Source of the DNA: Octopus bimaculoides
Lineage: Eukaryota
Direction of reading: 5' to 3'
Length of the DNA: 54,012 bases
NCBI RefSeq assembly: GCF_001194135.2
Contig: NC_068991.1
Span: forward strand, 22,683,170-22,737,181
Shown: positions 51,463 to 54,012 of the stretch, piece after piece
Numbering within the stretch: position 1 is the stretch's first letter
Layout of the letters: each line of letters begins with the position of its first letter
Notes under the pieces: model-generated
Told to the model about the DNA's origin: nothing
Databases searched by the model: none
Seen by the model: only the letters and a program-made list of their open reading frames with translations
Translations under genes and position numbers: made by a program

Positions 51463-51644
51463 CAATGTTCCCTTTAAGCAGTGTGCTTGTGTGCACACAC
51501 AAAGTTTTCAAGATGAAATCAAATTTCTTAAAATTGAAGATGGTTATTTGCATGAATGTGCATACACTTAGCAAAAACAGACAAAATTTGCCAACAAACA
51601 AATTTTTGTGCACACCCACAGCTAAAAATTAGGGGGAAACATTG
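51463..51644. mobile_element. hAT-like MITE remnant
   Basis: Imperfect TIRs CAATGTTCCCTTTAA / TTAGGGGGAAACATTG plus subterminal GTGTGCACA repeats; no 8-bp TSD found. Confidence 0.5.
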
Positions 51645-52063
51645 GGAGAATAGCCTCCCTTGAATCTATTGTACTCTTGAGAGGTTATCTTATTAAAAGT
51701 CTTGAGTAAATGGTATATTCCTAAGACAATGTAGGGAGGAGTAGGAAAGATTTTTTTTTTAACAACTGTACTAGGAAACCTGCAAGTTCATTCAGTGAAT
51801 GAACATAGAGGATAGTGATACATCTATTACTGGGTTATGATGGAAATGCAATGGTATTACTACACTAAATGAAGTTGATAGAGTGAGAGAACCGTATTGC
51901 TACAATTGAATGTAGTAATATAGCCACACTAAAAGAAGGAAGATAGACAAATATAACTTTCTTGAGGCAGGAGAAATAAAGTGGTGAGATACAGGGATAA
52001 GTGATTACACTTATAGCTGTAATGATATAGCTATAGTGGAAAAGAGATACCACCTTTTATAAT

Positions 52064-52144
<81 letters not shown>

Positions 52145-52510
52145 TCACATTTTTTGTTTTGAAGGACAAATGTCTGAAACATTAAGACACTCTCATTCTC
52201 CATCTGGAGCTTTAACCTAATATCATATTTGTCAAACTTTGTTCTCGTGTTATTCTTTTTATATATGATTTCATATCTTTACTTTCATGAAAGCATCAGG
52301 ATTCCTGTTTTCTTTTAATTCTGATAGGTTCTTCTCTGTTCTTAGTATTCTATGGAGTGTTATCTTTACTTCTATGTCATCCCTCTCTATCTTACTTTTC
52401 CCCCTATCTCTTTATCTACATGCTTTCTATCATTCTTATTCCTCCCCCTTTTTTTCCTGAATGATGACACTTCTTTATAATTTCAGTTTTTTTGTTCCCC
52501 TTCTCTCCAG

Positions 52511-52785
52511 TCAGCAATCCGTGCCAGCATCTGCTGCCCTGCCTTTCCTCACAGCCACCACCCAGTCGTCAGAGTACATGGAGCTACAAGTGGAGTACTG
52601 GACTCTGGCTTCCAAGTCGGAAACTAGTGACAAAGATCGCATTAACAAGAAAGAGTCGAACAAGTGTTCACTGAAGACTGCATTCCGCTCCCTTCACGTC
52701 TATCGCCTTCCTCCAGCCCCCAGTGAGATGCCCATTTCTGCTGGTTTCTGCATGGGAGTCGTAACCAAGGAGAAGAAACAGAAAA
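52511..52785 (+). CDS. PACS: PACS exon QQSVPASAALPFLTATTQSSEYMELQVEYWTL..KCSLKTAFRSLHVYRLP..MGVVTKEKKQK, phase 2-1
   Basis: Pyrimidine tract plus CAG; GTAAGT donor; matches LQVDYW..KNTLKCTFRSLQVSRLP..MTVVTKEKNKK; the gene continues beyond the window. Confidence 0.96.
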
Positions 52786-53280
52786 GTAAGTTTTTAATTA
52801 AGGTTTGTGTGTGTTGGGGATGTCATGTACCATTGCATTGAGATTATCTTGTTGCACTTTGCGATGAGACACACAGATGCAGAGCGAAAGACAGTCAGTC
52901 AGCCATTTATTGTAATGTGAGAGTCGTAAAATATATGAAAAATTATATTTTACTTAGTGCAAACATTATCAGATATAAAACTGTGAAAAGGAAAACACCA
53001 GAGGAAAGTAGAGAGAGAGAGAAATAGAATAAACAGGATGAAAAAAAGAGAAAGAAATGGTAAATGGTAGTGGTAATGTATGTTAATTGTTTGTATTCAT
53101 GGCAATGGTGATATTCATTTGTAGTAAATGGTAATGAATGTTGGTGACACATGCAGACTATACAGGCTGAATTGGCTGCCATTGTTCTCTCTTTCCCACT
53201 ACCATAACTACCACCTGTTTTTCTTAATCTGAGTTACTTCCCTTAAAATGGCACAAATTGTGTGTGAGAATATATATATA

Positions 53281-53410
53281 TGGTTAATAAGACAGAAGAT
53301 GGAAGATATGAGAATTTTTATTAATCACTACAATTGTTTTGACCCATCTAGCAAAGATCCCTCATGAAATCAAAAATTGTTGTATCTTCCATCTTCTGTC
53401 TCTCATTAAG
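53281..53410 (-). ncRNA. Long hairpin (19-bp perfect arms) enclosing a degenerate hammerhead-like core
   Basis: Arms at 53290-53308 and 53383-53401; minus strand between them reads TTCATGA-GGGATCTttgctAGATGGGTC-AAAAC-AATT-GTA. Confidence 0.45.
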
Positions 53411-54012
53411 CATATACACAACGGATACTGTGAAAGTGATTGTGCTTTATCAATAAGCTACAAGGTATAAACCATTCATTTTATCATCTAGTATATATAC
53501 ATTCGATGCAGAAATTATTTTCTGCAAAGATATTTCCGGATTTAGCATGCCTAAACAAGGACTTTTGAATATTACCCTATATAATTAATAGAACCATGTG
53601 CACGCTCTTCACTAGTTGTTCCCAACTAGTACATGATTCTGGGAATTATATTTCTTTGACGGTCCATACTGATGAGAAACAAATATTTTCGGTAAGAAAA
53701 TGTTAATTTCGGAACCTTGGTCTACGGATAAGTTTTGTATTTACCTTTGTAATTTTCATTAGTCTCGCCCGTATGTTTTTGCTTCGCTAGATTTTTTTCT
53801 TTGAGAACTATTCGGTGATCTTCTTCTAGCACATTGGCAGTCCACTTAGTGGTCTCTTTTATATATACATATACAATAATCCTTTTGAGATCACAGATAA
53901 TTTTTTCTGAATCTCCTGATTCTTTTAATGTGCGAGTTTCCTGGTATTAAATTGATATTAATTAATATCTAATTTTTTACCCTACTATTTTAATTATATA
54001 TATATATATATA

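Noticed and set aside
53665-53680. CTGATGAGAAAC on the + strand
   Set aside because: The boxes are adjacent with no stem II; chance match

Overview
AT-rich, microsatellite-dense animal DNA with several N gaps. The repeat landscape suggests an octopus or other cephalopod (inference). The window holds the central and 3' part of one + strand gene, a PACS (phosphofurin acidic cluster sorting, PACS1/2-like) gene. Ten exons are homology-supported and join in matching phases (15593-52785); the gene runs off both ends of the window. The introns carry decayed transposons: mariner, a maT/DD37D-like Tc1 element with 23-bp TIRs, RLE-type, RTE-type and Tx1/L1-type LINE 3' ends, piggyBac- and hAT-like MITEs, and several tRNA-derived SINE families. 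Most interesting observations: (1) several hammerhead-ribozyme-like motifs of the minimal Penelope/retrozyme type, all carrying lesions, mostly antisense to the gene; (2) frame-preserving candidate cassette exons absent from the human PACS proteins as I recall them, including an apparently duplicated pair (LARS..VQ) at 42465 and 43314; (3) a conserved RxRxxS Akt/14-3-3 motif; (4) a candidate AG|GT recursive splice point at 10462. All comparisons with human proteins and TE families are from memory, and no searches were run.
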